DNA of 64,000 nucleotides from a virus (Duplodnaviria; Caudoviricetes): IMG/VR virus record IMGVR_UViG_3300042288_001626; one strand, 5' to 3'. Shown piece by piece: positions 49,422 to 57,171 of this stretch (position 1 is its first letter; each line of letters starts with the position of its first letter). The notes under the pieces were generated by a model. It saw only the letters and a program-made list of their open reading frames with translations, ran no database searches and was not told where the DNA came from. The position numbers and the translations under genes were made by a program.

Positions 49422-50009
49422 TTATAGTTCGTTTGTTTTCTTGGCGCAGGAAGGACATAGAGTCTTCCACCACCCTTTAGTGTATAGTTCTCCAGAGTCA
49501 CCATCATTCTCACAAGTAACTAAACTTAGGTTCTCTGCAGCAGCCACGACTCCGGCTGCAAACCCTCGATATTCTGTAAGCTCATGCAATACATCTTTTT
49601 TATTAAAGTTGCTAAAATCTTGTCTGCTGAGCTTTGAGACTACGGTATAGCTTATTTCAAGCTTGCCGTACTTTTCTTTTATCTTGTCAAACCTCACATA
49701 GAACCCTGGAAAATCCAGGTGTTCTTTGGGCTTAAATGTATAGAGTTTGTGAGGTTTTAACTGCAGAAAAGCTTCAACTTTCCTGCTCAGATAATCCATA
49801 GCTGATAACACTCCTGTAAGCAGACTTTTTTTCCTCAGTACTGTGGGTGGTCTGTTTTCTATAACAGAGCACATGTTTCGTACTATGCTTTCCCAACCGT
49901 CTCCGCAGTCTATGCTGCAGCGAGATAAAACAGTCCCTGTTTTTGTTGTAGCTGGTCTAAAGCAATACTCAAAATCAGTAAACAGGGACTGTTGAAGATG
50001 ATCAGACAT
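49422..50009 (-). CDS. Paralog of 46569-47186 (CGxGW / KEKYGxL family)
   Basis: IDCGDGWESIV, KIKEKYGKLEI, TCENDGDSG...GWWKTLC; start trimmed to MSDHLQQ. Confidence 0.6.
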   Translation of the reverse strand: MSDHLQQSLFTDFEYCFRPATTKTGTVLSRCSIDCGDGWESIVRNMCSVIENRPPTVLRKKSLLTGVLSAMDYLSRKVEAFLQLKPHKLYTFKPKEHLDFPGFYVRFDKIKEKYGKLEISYTVVSKLSRQDFSNFNKKDVLHELTEYRGFAAGVVAAAENLSLVTCENDGDSGELYTKGWWKTLCPSCAKKTNEL

Positions 50010-50223
50010 CACCTTCTTCTTCATCTTCTTCAACACCGAATAGCTGAGCCCACTCCTCACCGGTGATACCTGATTTATAAAATTCCCTATCCTCTTTTGA
50101 TAGGTTCGGGAATGCATTTTGTAGGAGCTCACCACGAGCGTAGCGCTCACACTGTTCGGTTGTAATGTCCAACTCTTTCTCATGAATTTTTCCTGAATAT
50201 TGCGACTTTCTGGTGATTAACAT
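50002..50223 (-). CDS. Conserved small phage protein
   Basis: ITRKSQYSGK...QNAFPNLSKEDREFYKSGIT. Confidence 0.6.
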   Translation of the reverse strand: MLITRKSQYSGKIHEKELDITTEQCERYARGELLQNAFPNLSKEDREFYKSGITGEEWAQLFGVEEDEEEGDV

Positions 50224-50228
50224 ATTTT

Positions 50229-50894
50229 TTACAGCCCAAAGGCTTCTAGTGTGTATTTGAATGGATTTGAAGGAAGCTCTTTAACTATCTCGAGCATCCT
50301 ATCGGCTACTTCACAAATTTCTTTTTGTGCTTGTTCGGACCTGCGCAAATTTAAGAAATGCGCAAAACTCCTCCAGTTAAACATAATGTCAGAGGCTATC
50401 TGACTGTTGTAAGGCTTAAAGAACCTGGCACTTTCTTTTGCGCGCTTACGACCAAGAACTTTCTCAGCATCTTTTAGGCAGGCGTGGTACAGCCGGTTAC
50501 TCTGCTTTGAGTGATCAATCAGTAGCTCTGCCCAATTATCATAACCTCCCCAACCACTATCCTCAGAAATTGGAACATCGTGGAAGTCAGGAGGGATATA
50601 AAACTTATCTTCTTTAAGCTCCTTGTATCTGGCTGACTCTGCGTTGATGCTTACACCAATCCTATGCTTCAACAACTGAATGTGTGTGGCGATTTCTGTA
50701 TCTACCAGGAAGTGAAGAACACTTTTTTCGAATGGAGTATCGTGGTGGTTTTGCGCCAGGTAAGCCAGCATTCCAGGCAGTCTGCCCAGTTTATCTTCAT
50801 CAATGTCTCTGTATGTACTTGTCCATGCAGACAGTCCGTGCGTGATGTCACCTCCATAGTGACCCAGTAACTCTACTTTATTTTGGTGGTCCAT
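50229..50894 (-). CDS. thyX: Flavin-dependent thymidylate synthase
   Basis: HHDTPFE, QLLKHR...SINAESARY, NWRSFAHFLNLR and AQKEI. Confidence 0.92.
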   Translation of the reverse strand: MDHQNKVELLGHYGGDITHGLSAWTSTYRDIDEDKLGRLPGMLAYLAQNHHDTPFEKSVLHFLVDTEIATHIQLLKHRIGVSINAESARYKELKEDKFYIPPDFHDVPISEDSGWGGYDNWAELLIDHSKQSNRLYHACLKDAEKVLGRKRAKESARFFKPYNSQIASDIMFNWRSFAHFLNLRRSEQAQKEICEVADRMLEIVKELPSNPFKYTLEAFGL

Positions 50895-51084
50895 TTTTTA
50901 TTTTTGGTTTTTCCCAAGGTAATTCTGGTATTTCGATCCAATAGGCTGGGGGAGGATTTATTGCTTTTAAACCCTTCCATTTCCCGTCACACATCCAGAC
51001 AGCACGGATTGCTCCGCAGATATCAAGACCTAATACCTTCTTCCTGTCAGGCGGAGCTTTATCCTGCACTGATACCCAGTTCAT
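50878..51084 (-). CDS. DUF551-like small protein
   Basis: MNWVSVQDKAP...YWIEIPELP. Confidence 0.6.
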   Translation of the reverse strand: MNWVSVQDKAPPDRKKVLGLDICGAIRAVWMCDGKWKGLKAINPPPAYWIEIPELPWEKPKIKNGPPK

Positions 51085-51124
51085 TTAATTTTGAGCCGTA
51101 GATTATTTTAAGAAAGGTTTGCAC

Positions 51125-52180
51125 CTATTCTTTTTTCATATCGTATGGCTGATTCATTACTTTGAGACTCCACCAATCTTGCTGTAATGCGGCAGACCTG
51201 ATAGGTCTTACAGGACGTATAACCACTCCTTCTGCGTTTGCTCGACCATGATCGTATTTTGTCTCGTTAGCTAGCTTCTGCAGGTCATCCAAGCTAGGAG
51301 TTGATTTTGTGAACATGAATCTGGTCACTTCAGGCACATGAGGAATTCCGAATTTTCCACAGAACTCTTTAACCTTATCCCAATCCCACCAAACATGGCT
51401 GGTAACGTCTCTGATCTGAAAGACCATATAGGTTAGGCCTTCAAGTTTCATGGGATTCTTCTGAATACCAGGACCGCAAACCTCTCCCTGCAGAGCTAGT
51501 TCGCAAGTTTGAGATTTCAATATCTCTTCAATATTATATTTCTGAGCAACTTTCCAGAAACTATTCTTTTCACTAAACCGGAACTCTTTATTTCGTCCAC
51601 ATACTTTAAATTCACCATCTTTATAGATGAATGTTCCACTACTGCCGTCACACTTCAAGGTAGCTACAAACTCAACGTCAGAGAAGCTGTCTGATGTGTG
51701 CGCCTCTTGTAGTGCCTCTGGATGGCTTCTGAAGTTTAACTCGTCAGTCTTTCTAAGAATCTGTGTTGGGAACTCTCCTTTGGTTTCTCCTGACAAACAC
51801 TCTGAGCTGGGAGCTACCCACTTCTCGACATCAAGCAACACGCTGACTTCCTCTCCTTCCTCCCAAACCTTTGAAGGATGTCCCTTGCGTTCGGCTGCAG
51901 CGTATACCTCGCTGACAGGAAGAACCAGTCCCGCACTATACTGCCCTCTCATTTTAACTGTCTTGATTCGTACCTTTTCTGAGCCAGTATAGGTTTCATC
52001 AACATAGGATTTAGGAGCATACGAATCAGGGAAAATCATCACAGCAAGATCTCCTGGTTTATATATTCCTTTTTTTACGACTACATGCCATCCGAGCACA
52101 GTAGCTCTTTCTATCCTATCCGCACCCTCAATAGGATTGAGAGCCAATATCTGGGCGATTACTGCTAGTTTATTATTCAT
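51125..52180 (-). CDS. RNA ligase, DRB0094/Rnl2-like family
   Basis: N-terminal PIEGADRIE...GWHVVVKKG, motif I LKCDGSS, LQGEVCGPGIQKN, EGVVIRP and LKVMN; start MNNKLAV. Confidence 0.88.
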   Translation of the reverse strand: MNNKLAVIAQILALNPIEGADRIERATVLGWHVVVKKGIYKPGDLAVMIFPDSYAPKSYVDETYTGSEKVRIKTVKMRGQYSAGLVLPVSEVYAAAERKGHPSKVWEEGEEVSVLLDVEKWVAPSSECLSGETKGEFPTQILRKTDELNFRSHPEALQEAHTSDSFSDVEFVATLKCDGSSGTFIYKDGEFKVCGRNKEFRFSEKNSFWKVAQKYNIEEILKSQTCELALQGEVCGPGIQKNPMKLEGLTYMVFQIRDVTSHVWWDWDKVKEFCGKFGIPHVPEVTRFMFTKSTPSLDDLQKLANETKYDHGRANAEGVVIRPVRPIRSAALQQDWWSLKVMNQPYDMKKE

Positions 52181-52187
52181 GGTTTGC

Positions 52188-52400
52188 CTACTCTCTATCA
52201 TCAAGATCATCCTGACAGCACTCACAACGAAATTGCGAGTTCTTTGGATTTTCTAAATTTTTAGATACAATGTATAGATATTCTCCGTTGAGTACATCTG
52301 CGCCAGTAACTACATCGTTACAATCAACGCAAACGAACTTGTGATCCTTTTCTACTCCTTGTTTTCCAAGTATTGCCATATGTTTTATTATTTCTCCCAA
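52188..52400 (-). CDS. Small Cys-rich hypothetical protein
   Basis: CVDC and CECC. Confidence 0.45.
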   Translation of the reverse strand: MGEIIKHMAILGKQGVEKDHKFVCVDCNDVVTGADVLNGEYLYIVSKNLENPKNSQFRCECCQDDLDDRE

Positions 52401-52783
52401 CAGAATATAACGTTGTCACAATCTCCGTACTCTTCTTCAAGATTGTGTTTGATCAATAGTTGCCATATATAGTATTTGTTGGCGGCTCCTCCCCCGAGTC
52501 TACTGATATAGTACTTTTGGTGAGGATTACCCTTGATTATGTTACTCAGTTGTTTCAGTTGTGCAAAAAAGGGTTTGCAATACTCATTAGCATGAAAACA
52601 CTCGGAAGGTTTCGACCCAGGAGCTTTTTTTGTAGCAAACCCTATTGCTCTTGGGTGACTTCTCAGTTCCGATCCTCCTACTGTTCCTTGAAGCGCAGCA
52701 TTATCTCCAAATATAAAATAAGCCGAAGGATCTGCGTTGAGTAAATCTGCAGTCACACGAATTTTTTTATATTGTGCAGGCAT
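52388..52783 (-). CDS. Conserved phage hypothetical protein
   Basis: YFIFGDN...AIGFATKKAP...LGGGAAN pattern. Confidence 0.6.
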   Translation of the reverse strand: MPAQYKKIRVTADLLNADPSAYFIFGDNAALQGTVGGSELRSHPRAIGFATKKAPGSKPSECFHANEYCKPFFAQLKQLSNIIKGNPHQKYYISRLGGGAANKYYIWQLLIKHNLEEEYGDCDNVIFCWEK

Positions 52784-52784
52784 A

Positions 52785-53276
52785 CTATGTTAATTTAAAC
52801 AGACTAGAGCAGTCATCATAGATGCTGCTTTTCCCGGAGCTTGGCGACGGCTTATCATACTTGGTGCTTCTTACGAAGATATAACCTTTGTGTGCCGCAC
52901 TGAACTCCAGCACATAGGTAATATTTTCTTTCTTGTCTAATATCGCTCCGGCAAAATGACCTCCCTTAACCAGGTAGAATCCGAACGAGATATCTGAAGA
53001 ATTCACTACATTACCAAACACCTTGAGATAACCCTCTCCTTCTTCTATTGAGGTAATCTGTCCTTTATAGCAAAATCCATCTGTTCTATATATTGAGACA
53101 AGTCGTCCTGTTTGAGTCTTGGCTATACGCTCAGGAGAGACCACCCCTTGCTGATCAGTCAAAAAATCCTCAATATCTAGACGCAGAGCAAGACCTCCGG
53201 TAGGAGAATTTTCTGCACGGATTCCTGCCAGAGCTATGCAAGGAATTAAACACGCTAATGAGTATATTTGCTTCAT
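52785..53276 (-). CDS. Hypothetical protein with signal peptide
   Basis: MKQIYSLACLIPCIALA leader. Confidence 0.55.
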   Translation of the reverse strand: MKQIYSLACLIPCIALAGIRAENSPTGGLALRLDIEDFLTDQQGVVSPERIAKTQTGRLVSIYRTDGFCYKGQITSIEEGEGYLKVFGNVVNSSDISFGFYLVKGGHFAGAILDKKENITYVLEFSAAHKGYIFVRSTKYDKPSPSSGKSSIYDDCSSLFKLT

Positions 53277-53498
53277 TTATTTTATTTGTTTTAGTTTGTT
53301 TGTTCTGGAAAGCCATTCGTCTTTCCATTTACTTTTTGCTGGAGACTCTGGTTTGTACGACTCAATAAAAATGGCCGCTTCGTCAACCAGCTCTTTGTAT
53401 CCTCGTAGACTTCCAAGAAGATTACCATAATAGATGCTGTCGCACTGCTCACACAGCTCGTCTAGAGGTATAAAATGCTGACAAACTTCCCGGCTCAT
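53277..53498 (-). CDS. Hypothetical protein
   Basis: 73-aa ORF in the operon. Confidence 0.5.
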   Translation of the reverse strand: MSREVCQHFIPLDELCEQCDSIYYGNLLGSLRGYKELVDEAAIFIESYKPESPAKSKWKDEWLSRTNKLKQIK

Positions 53499-53758
53499 TT
53501 TAGAAGCTCTCCAGTTAATTGATTTCTTGTGTCAGCTATTGCTTGCTGTAGGTATTCTTGAGCTTTTTCAAGATCTTCTAGTTTTTTCTCTAGTCTGTTT
53601 TGCTCATCTTCGTACTTTCTACCTGCTCTCCAAACATACTTCAAAACATTCCCGAGACAGAAGCAAAAATGTTTTGCCACGTCGATACATTCAACACCAG
53701 GCAACCAATTGTAGTGGTTTGGTTTTACAACTTGACTATTCTCCAGGTATTTTTTCAT
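53495..53758 (-). CDS. DUF3310 (SaV-like) protein
   Basis: VVKPNHY...ECIDV...FCLGNVLKYVWRAGRK...EDLEKAQEYL. Confidence 0.85.
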   Translation of the reverse strand: MKKYLENSQVVKPNHYNWLPGVECIDVAKHFCFCLGNVLKYVWRAGRKYEDEQNRLEKKLEDLEKAQEYLQQAIADTRNQLTGELLK

Positions 53759-54074
53759 AGGTCATTTCGAATATTTCTTTTTTACAGGGATATCTTTCTC
53801 CTTTAATTCCTGTGATAATCCAGTCTCCAGGACACACAATGTGGCCGCCTTCCAGCGTCTTTATCCATCCATGATCTTCGTAAAACATGGAACACTCTTT
53901 GCATGTATCTGTAGCCTTCTCGCTACGCAAGAACATGACGACCTCTCCTTCACCCAGGAATGGTGCAGAGCCGTCCGCAGGAAAAACCACCTCTGATTTA
54001 TCTTCTGGATGGTCTCCGTTTTGATACCATTGATGTGCTTCAACAGGTATTGGTTTTTTAATATATTTAGACAT
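53736..54074 (-). CDS. PGDYG-like phage protein
   Basis: MSKYIKKPIPVEAHQW...TLEGGHIVCPGDWIITGIKGERYPCKKEIFEMTYE. Confidence 0.75.
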   Translation of the reverse strand: MSKYIKKPIPVEAHQWYQNGDHPEDKSEVVFPADGSAPFLGEGEVVMFLRSEKATDTCKECSMFYEDHGWIKTLEGGHIVCPGDWIITGIKGERYPCKKEIFEMTYEKIPGE

Positions 54075-54078
54075 AAGT

Positions 54079-54276
54079 TTATCTGTCGTCTCCAGGATAA
54101 GGCCCGGAATAATCACTATAACTAGGAGGCTCAACGTCTGCTTCATCTGAAAATCCACACTCTTCGCATTTAACCCAATATTTTCCACTGTCCATTGTGT
54201 TTCCGCACATAGGGCAGTCAAACTCTGGTTCTTCGTCTCTGGGGTCACTGTCTCCAGGGAATCCGGTGCTAGCCAT
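54079..54276 (-). CDS. Small Zn-ribbon protein
   Basis: CPMCG...CEECG. Confidence 0.55.
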   Translation of the reverse strand: MASTGFPGDSDPRDEEPEFDCPMCGNTMDSGKYWVKCEECGFSDEADVEPPSYSDYSGPYPGDDR

Positions 54277-54277
54277 A

Positions 54278-54475
54278 TTAAATGAATTTTTTAATGTTTT
54301 TAATTACAGGCTCAAGAAAAGCTAGAGCGCAGTAAAATTTACTTTCAGAAGCCATATCTGCTTTCGGCCTTGCTGAGTCAATAAGCGTTTCTAGTATGGC
54401 ATCTAGATTCTTGCAGACGCCTTTCATCTCGTCCAGTTCTTGTTGTGTTGTGTTTGCTTCGTCATTCATACGCAA
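54278..54475 (-). CDS. Hypothetical protein
   Basis: 65-aa ORF. Confidence 0.5.
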   Translation of the reverse strand: MRMNDEANTTQQELDEMKGVCKNLDAILETLIDSARPKADMASESKFYCALAFLEPVIKNIKKFI

Positions 54476-54476
54476 A

Positions 54477-54513
54477 GAAAGGGTGAGAGAAAATTAATTC
54501 TCTCACCCCTTTC
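54477..54513. terminator. Rho-independent terminator
   Basis: gggtgagagaa-aattaa-ttctctcaccc perfect 11-bp stem with gaaa/tttc flanks. Confidence 0.75.
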
Positions 54514-54530
54514 ACTGATGTTGTTATGTT

Positions 54531-54770
54531 TTACGCGTAACCTAGCAGCTTCCCTGGGGTTTTGGAGGCTGCAATCTTTCCATGATCTGTGTAGATTGTA
54601 ACTTTGGGTAGCAGTTGTGTGTTAGCTTGTACTGTACCGGGATCTTCTGTAGGCAGACCTGTTTTAGGCATACTGTCGTTAGAGCCTCGTAGAGAAGCCA
54701 TTAACGGCACCATGTTAGAATAGTTGCTTACTTGTGTGCTTGCGGCGATTGGAGTAATAGGATTTGACAT
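54531..54770 (-). CDS. Hypothetical protein
   Basis: Starts MSNPITPIAAS; start trimmed. Confidence 0.5.
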   Translation of the reverse strand: MSNPITPIAASTQVSNYSNMVPLMASLRGSNDSMPKTGLPTEDPGTVQANTQLLPKVTIYTDHGKIAASKTPGKLLGYA

Positions 54771-54818
54771 ATTTTTTTGTAGGTTCGGTGCTCTGAGGGA
54801 AACTACAAATAACATATT

Positions 54819-55097
54819 TTACACCAAAGGCCAATGTTTTTTATCTGCGGCACTTAATTTATCGTAAACAGTATATATGTAAGCGTTAGCTAGAGCACTA
54901 GCCACGTCGTATTCTTCGCAGCCAGCATGTATTCTTCTGATATCTCTAACCCAAAAAACTTCCCGATCCAGAGGATCGTAAGAGTAATCCATGACTCTGA
55001 AGTCTCCTAAATCTGACGATACATCAAAAACTCTACACTTATTGTTATTGTGTATCATCGTCACTCTACCTTTTAGTTCTTCATATTTTTTTGCCAT
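54819..55097 (-). CDS. Hypothetical protein
   Basis: 92-aa ORF. Confidence 0.5.
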   Translation of the reverse strand: MAKKYEELKGRVTMIHNNNKCRVFDVSSDLGDFRVMDYSYDPLDREVFWVRDIRRIHAGCEEYDVASALANAYIYTVYDKLSAADKKHWPLV

Positions 55098-55175
55098 GGG
55101 CTGCTAATCTTCGGATGTTTTCCAAGACTAGCATCAAGTACAGCGTCTGAACAGGCAAATCTTTAACTTATGAAA

Positions 55176-55251
55176 TGGTCGTGATGGAGAGACTCGAACT
55201 CTCGATACCCTGCTCCCAAAGCAGGTGCCATAGCCGCTAGGCGACATCACG
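55176..55251 (-). tRNA. trnP: tRNA-Pro(UGG)
   Basis: CGTGATG/CATCACG acceptor, CCTGC-TTTGGGA-GCAGG anticodon arm, encoded CCA. Confidence 0.93.
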
Positions 55252-55255
55252 TCAA

Positions 55256-55355
55256 TGGTTCTCAGGTTGGATTCGAACCAACGGCCGATCCCATATCCCG
55301 GCATTTAGGTCCTTCACCATGAGGGGGGATCGCTCTACCTCTGAGCTACTGAGAA
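55256..55355 (-). ncRNA. tRNA-like RNA with a 33-nt insert in place of the anticodon loop
   Basis: TTCTCAG/CTGAGAA acceptor, GCTC-AGAGGTA-GAGC D arm, ATCCC/GGGAT stem, GTTGG-TTCGAAT-CCAAC T arm, terminal CCA. Confidence 0.75.
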
Positions 55356-55360
55356 TGAAA

Positions 55361-55525
55361 TGACTAGTCTCTCCCAGTGTCACACAACTTAGCGACCGAG
55401 TACCCGGTCCATTCACCCCGAATCGTTCAGGGGGCATGTGTCGCAATTCTTAGCAGGATTTACAGGACGCTACTTTCCAATCACTGTCCATACCTACATA
55501 CCAGTGGGGTTGTGGTTGCTAAGAA
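55361..55525 (-). ncRNA. Candidate structured RNA between tRNA genes
   Basis: 9-bp TTCTTAGCA/TGCTAAGAA stem, CACTG/CAGTG, CCCC..GGGG and GACCGG..TCGGTC hairpins. Confidence 0.4.
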
Positions 55526-55527
55526 AT

Positions 55528-55601
55528 TGGTTGCGGGACCAGGGTTCGAACCTGGGACTTCAGCTTATGAGACTGACGTTTTACCACTTCACTATCCCGC
55601 G
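55528..55601 (-). tRNA. trnM: tRNA-Met(CAU), initiator-like
   Basis: CGCGGGA start with C1:A72 mismatch, TCAGT-CTCATAA-GCTGA arm, encoded CCA; lacks the three consecutive G:C pairs of canonical fMet. Confidence 0.88.
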
Positions 55602-55621
55602 ATTAAAATGTTAAAGAACAA

Positions 55622-55677
55622 AAGCTGGTCCCGCATAACGGGACTGGTAACTGTGTCTACACTTGGTAGATCAGCTT
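55622..55677 (-). ncRNA. Candidate three-way-junction RNA
   Basis: AAGCTG/CAGCTT closing stem with TCTAC/GTAGA and GTCCCG/CGGGAC hairpins. Confidence 0.35.
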
Positions 55678-55728
55678 CATCAATTATTTGATATTTAGCC
55701 TATGAAAGCAACACTATTTGATGAATAT

Positions 55729-56268
55729 TTAAATCTTGATCCCGTAAAAATACAGGTCGTTGTTTTCATATCCGATCATAAACTCATGTGAAGAAAACAG
55801 GCCAGCAATATCGAGAGCTTTCCTGATATCTTCTTCTGTCAAATTTTTATAGTAATCACCCCAGTCATCCAAACGACAGGTTAGTGGAGATGAATAGGTA
55901 TCTGTCCTTCTTGTGCCATGCTCTGGTCTTCCTGTTGTTGCGCAGGTAAACACGAATAAGCCTCCAGAGCGCAGCATATCCACACAGTTTTTGAGTGTTA
56001 GTTCGTAAAACTTATCATGCTCTAGACACTCTGTGCTGATGATCGTATCAAACTTTTCCTGCGACTTGTACTCGTGAGCAGGAGACACCACATCAACATT
56101 AGGTCCTGGTGCAATATCAAGCCCAGTATAGATGCAGTTGTAGAAAAACCCTCGGTTATTCCCATTGATGTCTAGGGAGCCTACATCAAGAACTCTTCCA
56201 TTTTTAAAGAAATGTGGAAACCTTGTTTTAACAGATGAGACGTACCTTTGTTGTTGAGGATGTGCCAT
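55729..56268 (-). CDS. Class I SAM-dependent methyltransferase (type 11-like)
   Basis: VLDVGSLDINGN, GLDIAPGPNVDVV and ISTECLEHD. Confidence 0.85.
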   Translation of the reverse strand: MAHPQQQRYVSSVKTRFPHFFKNGRVLDVGSLDINGNNRGFFYNCIYTGLDIAPGPNVDVVSPAHEYKSQEKFDTIISTECLEHDKFYELTLKNCVDMLRSGGLFVFTCATTGRPEHGTRRTDTYSSPLTCRLDDWGDYYKNLTEEDIRKALDIAGLFSSHEFMIGYENNDLYFYGIKI

Positions 56269-56293
56269 ATTATTTTACTCTTATTACTGCTGG

Positions 56294-56962
56294 TTATCTT
56301 TTGGTAACAAGTACTGTAGAGTTTAAAAAATTAATAGACTCTATATCTGTACGTATTTCCAAATTTTCGTTTTTTACTTGTTCTATATGTAAATCTTCTC
56401 GCCTTAGATTTGGCTGATGATTTTTTAGCTTTTGACCTAGAAAATTGACATCATCTACCAAGAGCTTCAGGTGCTCGATAATTGAGTTTTTGTTGTGTAA
56501 TCCTCCCCCGTACTCAGGCCAGTAGGCGCAGCATGTGTCCTCAAGGATATATACACCCTGCGGATTCAAATATCGAAACAGTACCTTAAAGGTCTGCAAC
56601 ATGTCATTCTGCTGATGAGACCCATCGTCAATAATCAAATCAAACCCTCCTCCATAGTCAGAAATAATCTTTAGCAACCTGGATTCGTCTGTTTGTGAGC
56701 CGATCTCTATAAATATTTTTTGTTCTGGATTTTCAAATTTCTTGCAGTCTGGATTTATATCCATCCCTACAACCCAGATCGCGTTGGGGTAATACGCAGC
56801 CCACATATCTAGTGAGCCTCCAGCTGCTACACCTATCTCAAGTATGCGGATATAGGAGTCTCTCTTGAAAGGAAGGTACTTTTCGTATTTTGTACAATAA
56901 TTATGCGTCCTTGATCCTTTGTCTGTATTTCTTTCTAAAGCCAACGCATCTAACGATTTCAT
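56294..56962 (-). CDS. Class I SAM-dependent O-methyltransferase (MycE/CmcI-like)
   Basis: TDKGS...HNY, ILEIGVAAGGSL, GMDINP, DLIIDDGSH and GVYILED. Confidence 0.85.
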   Translation of the reverse strand: MKSLDALALERNTDKGSRTHNYCTKYEKYLPFKRDSYIRILEIGVAAGGSLDMWAAYYPNAIWVVGMDINPDCKKFENPEQKIFIEIGSQTDESRLLKIISDYGGGFDLIIDDGSHQQNDMLQTFKVLFRYLNPQGVYILEDTCCAYWPEYGGGLHNKNSIIEHLKLLVDDVNFLGQKLKNHQPNLRREDLHIEQVKNENLEIRTDIESINFLNSTVLVTKR

Positions 56963-56980
56963 TACGATAAGTATTTAAAA

Positions 56981-57071
56981 TGGAGCCTTGTGTGGGACTC
57001 GAACCCACAAAGAAGTTTCCTTCATACTCGATTACAAATCGAGGCCCTTAGCCAATTCGGGTCAACAAGGC
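56981..57071 (-). tRNA. tRNA with UGU (Thr) anticodon on a class II (long variable arm) body
   Basis: GCCTTGT/ACAAGGC acceptor, T73, CCA; CTCGA-TTTGTAA-TCGAG arm; 18-nt variable region with GAAG-GAAA-CTTC hairpin. Confidence 0.85.
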
Positions 57072-57133
57072 ATTTGTTTATTTATATCTACAAATTCTAG
57101 GCAGGTAAACAAAATTAGACTAAAACTTTGATA

Positions 57134-57164
57134 AGAGCCCTCCGACCAATTATCGGAGGGCTCT
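57134..57164. terminator. Terminator-like hairpin
   Basis: agagccctccga-7 nt-tcggagggctct perfect 12-bp stem. Confidence 0.6.
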
Positions 57165-57171
57165 GTATCAT

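Noticed and set aside
50010-50183. N-terminal extension of ORF 49422-50183
   Set aside because: It overlaps the recognisable 50002-50223 gene in another frame; the internal Met at 50009 gives normal coupling.
55256-55355. tmRNA, Y RNA or archaeal BHB-intron interpretation of the abnormal tRNA
   Set aside because: It has no G3:U70 Ala identity or tag frame, it is not circularly permuted, and the insert bulges do not form a 3-4-3 bulge-helix-bulge.
55252-55691. ORFs 55252-55446(-) and 55377-55691(+)
   Set aside because: They overlap tRNA and tRNA-like genes and show no protein motifs.
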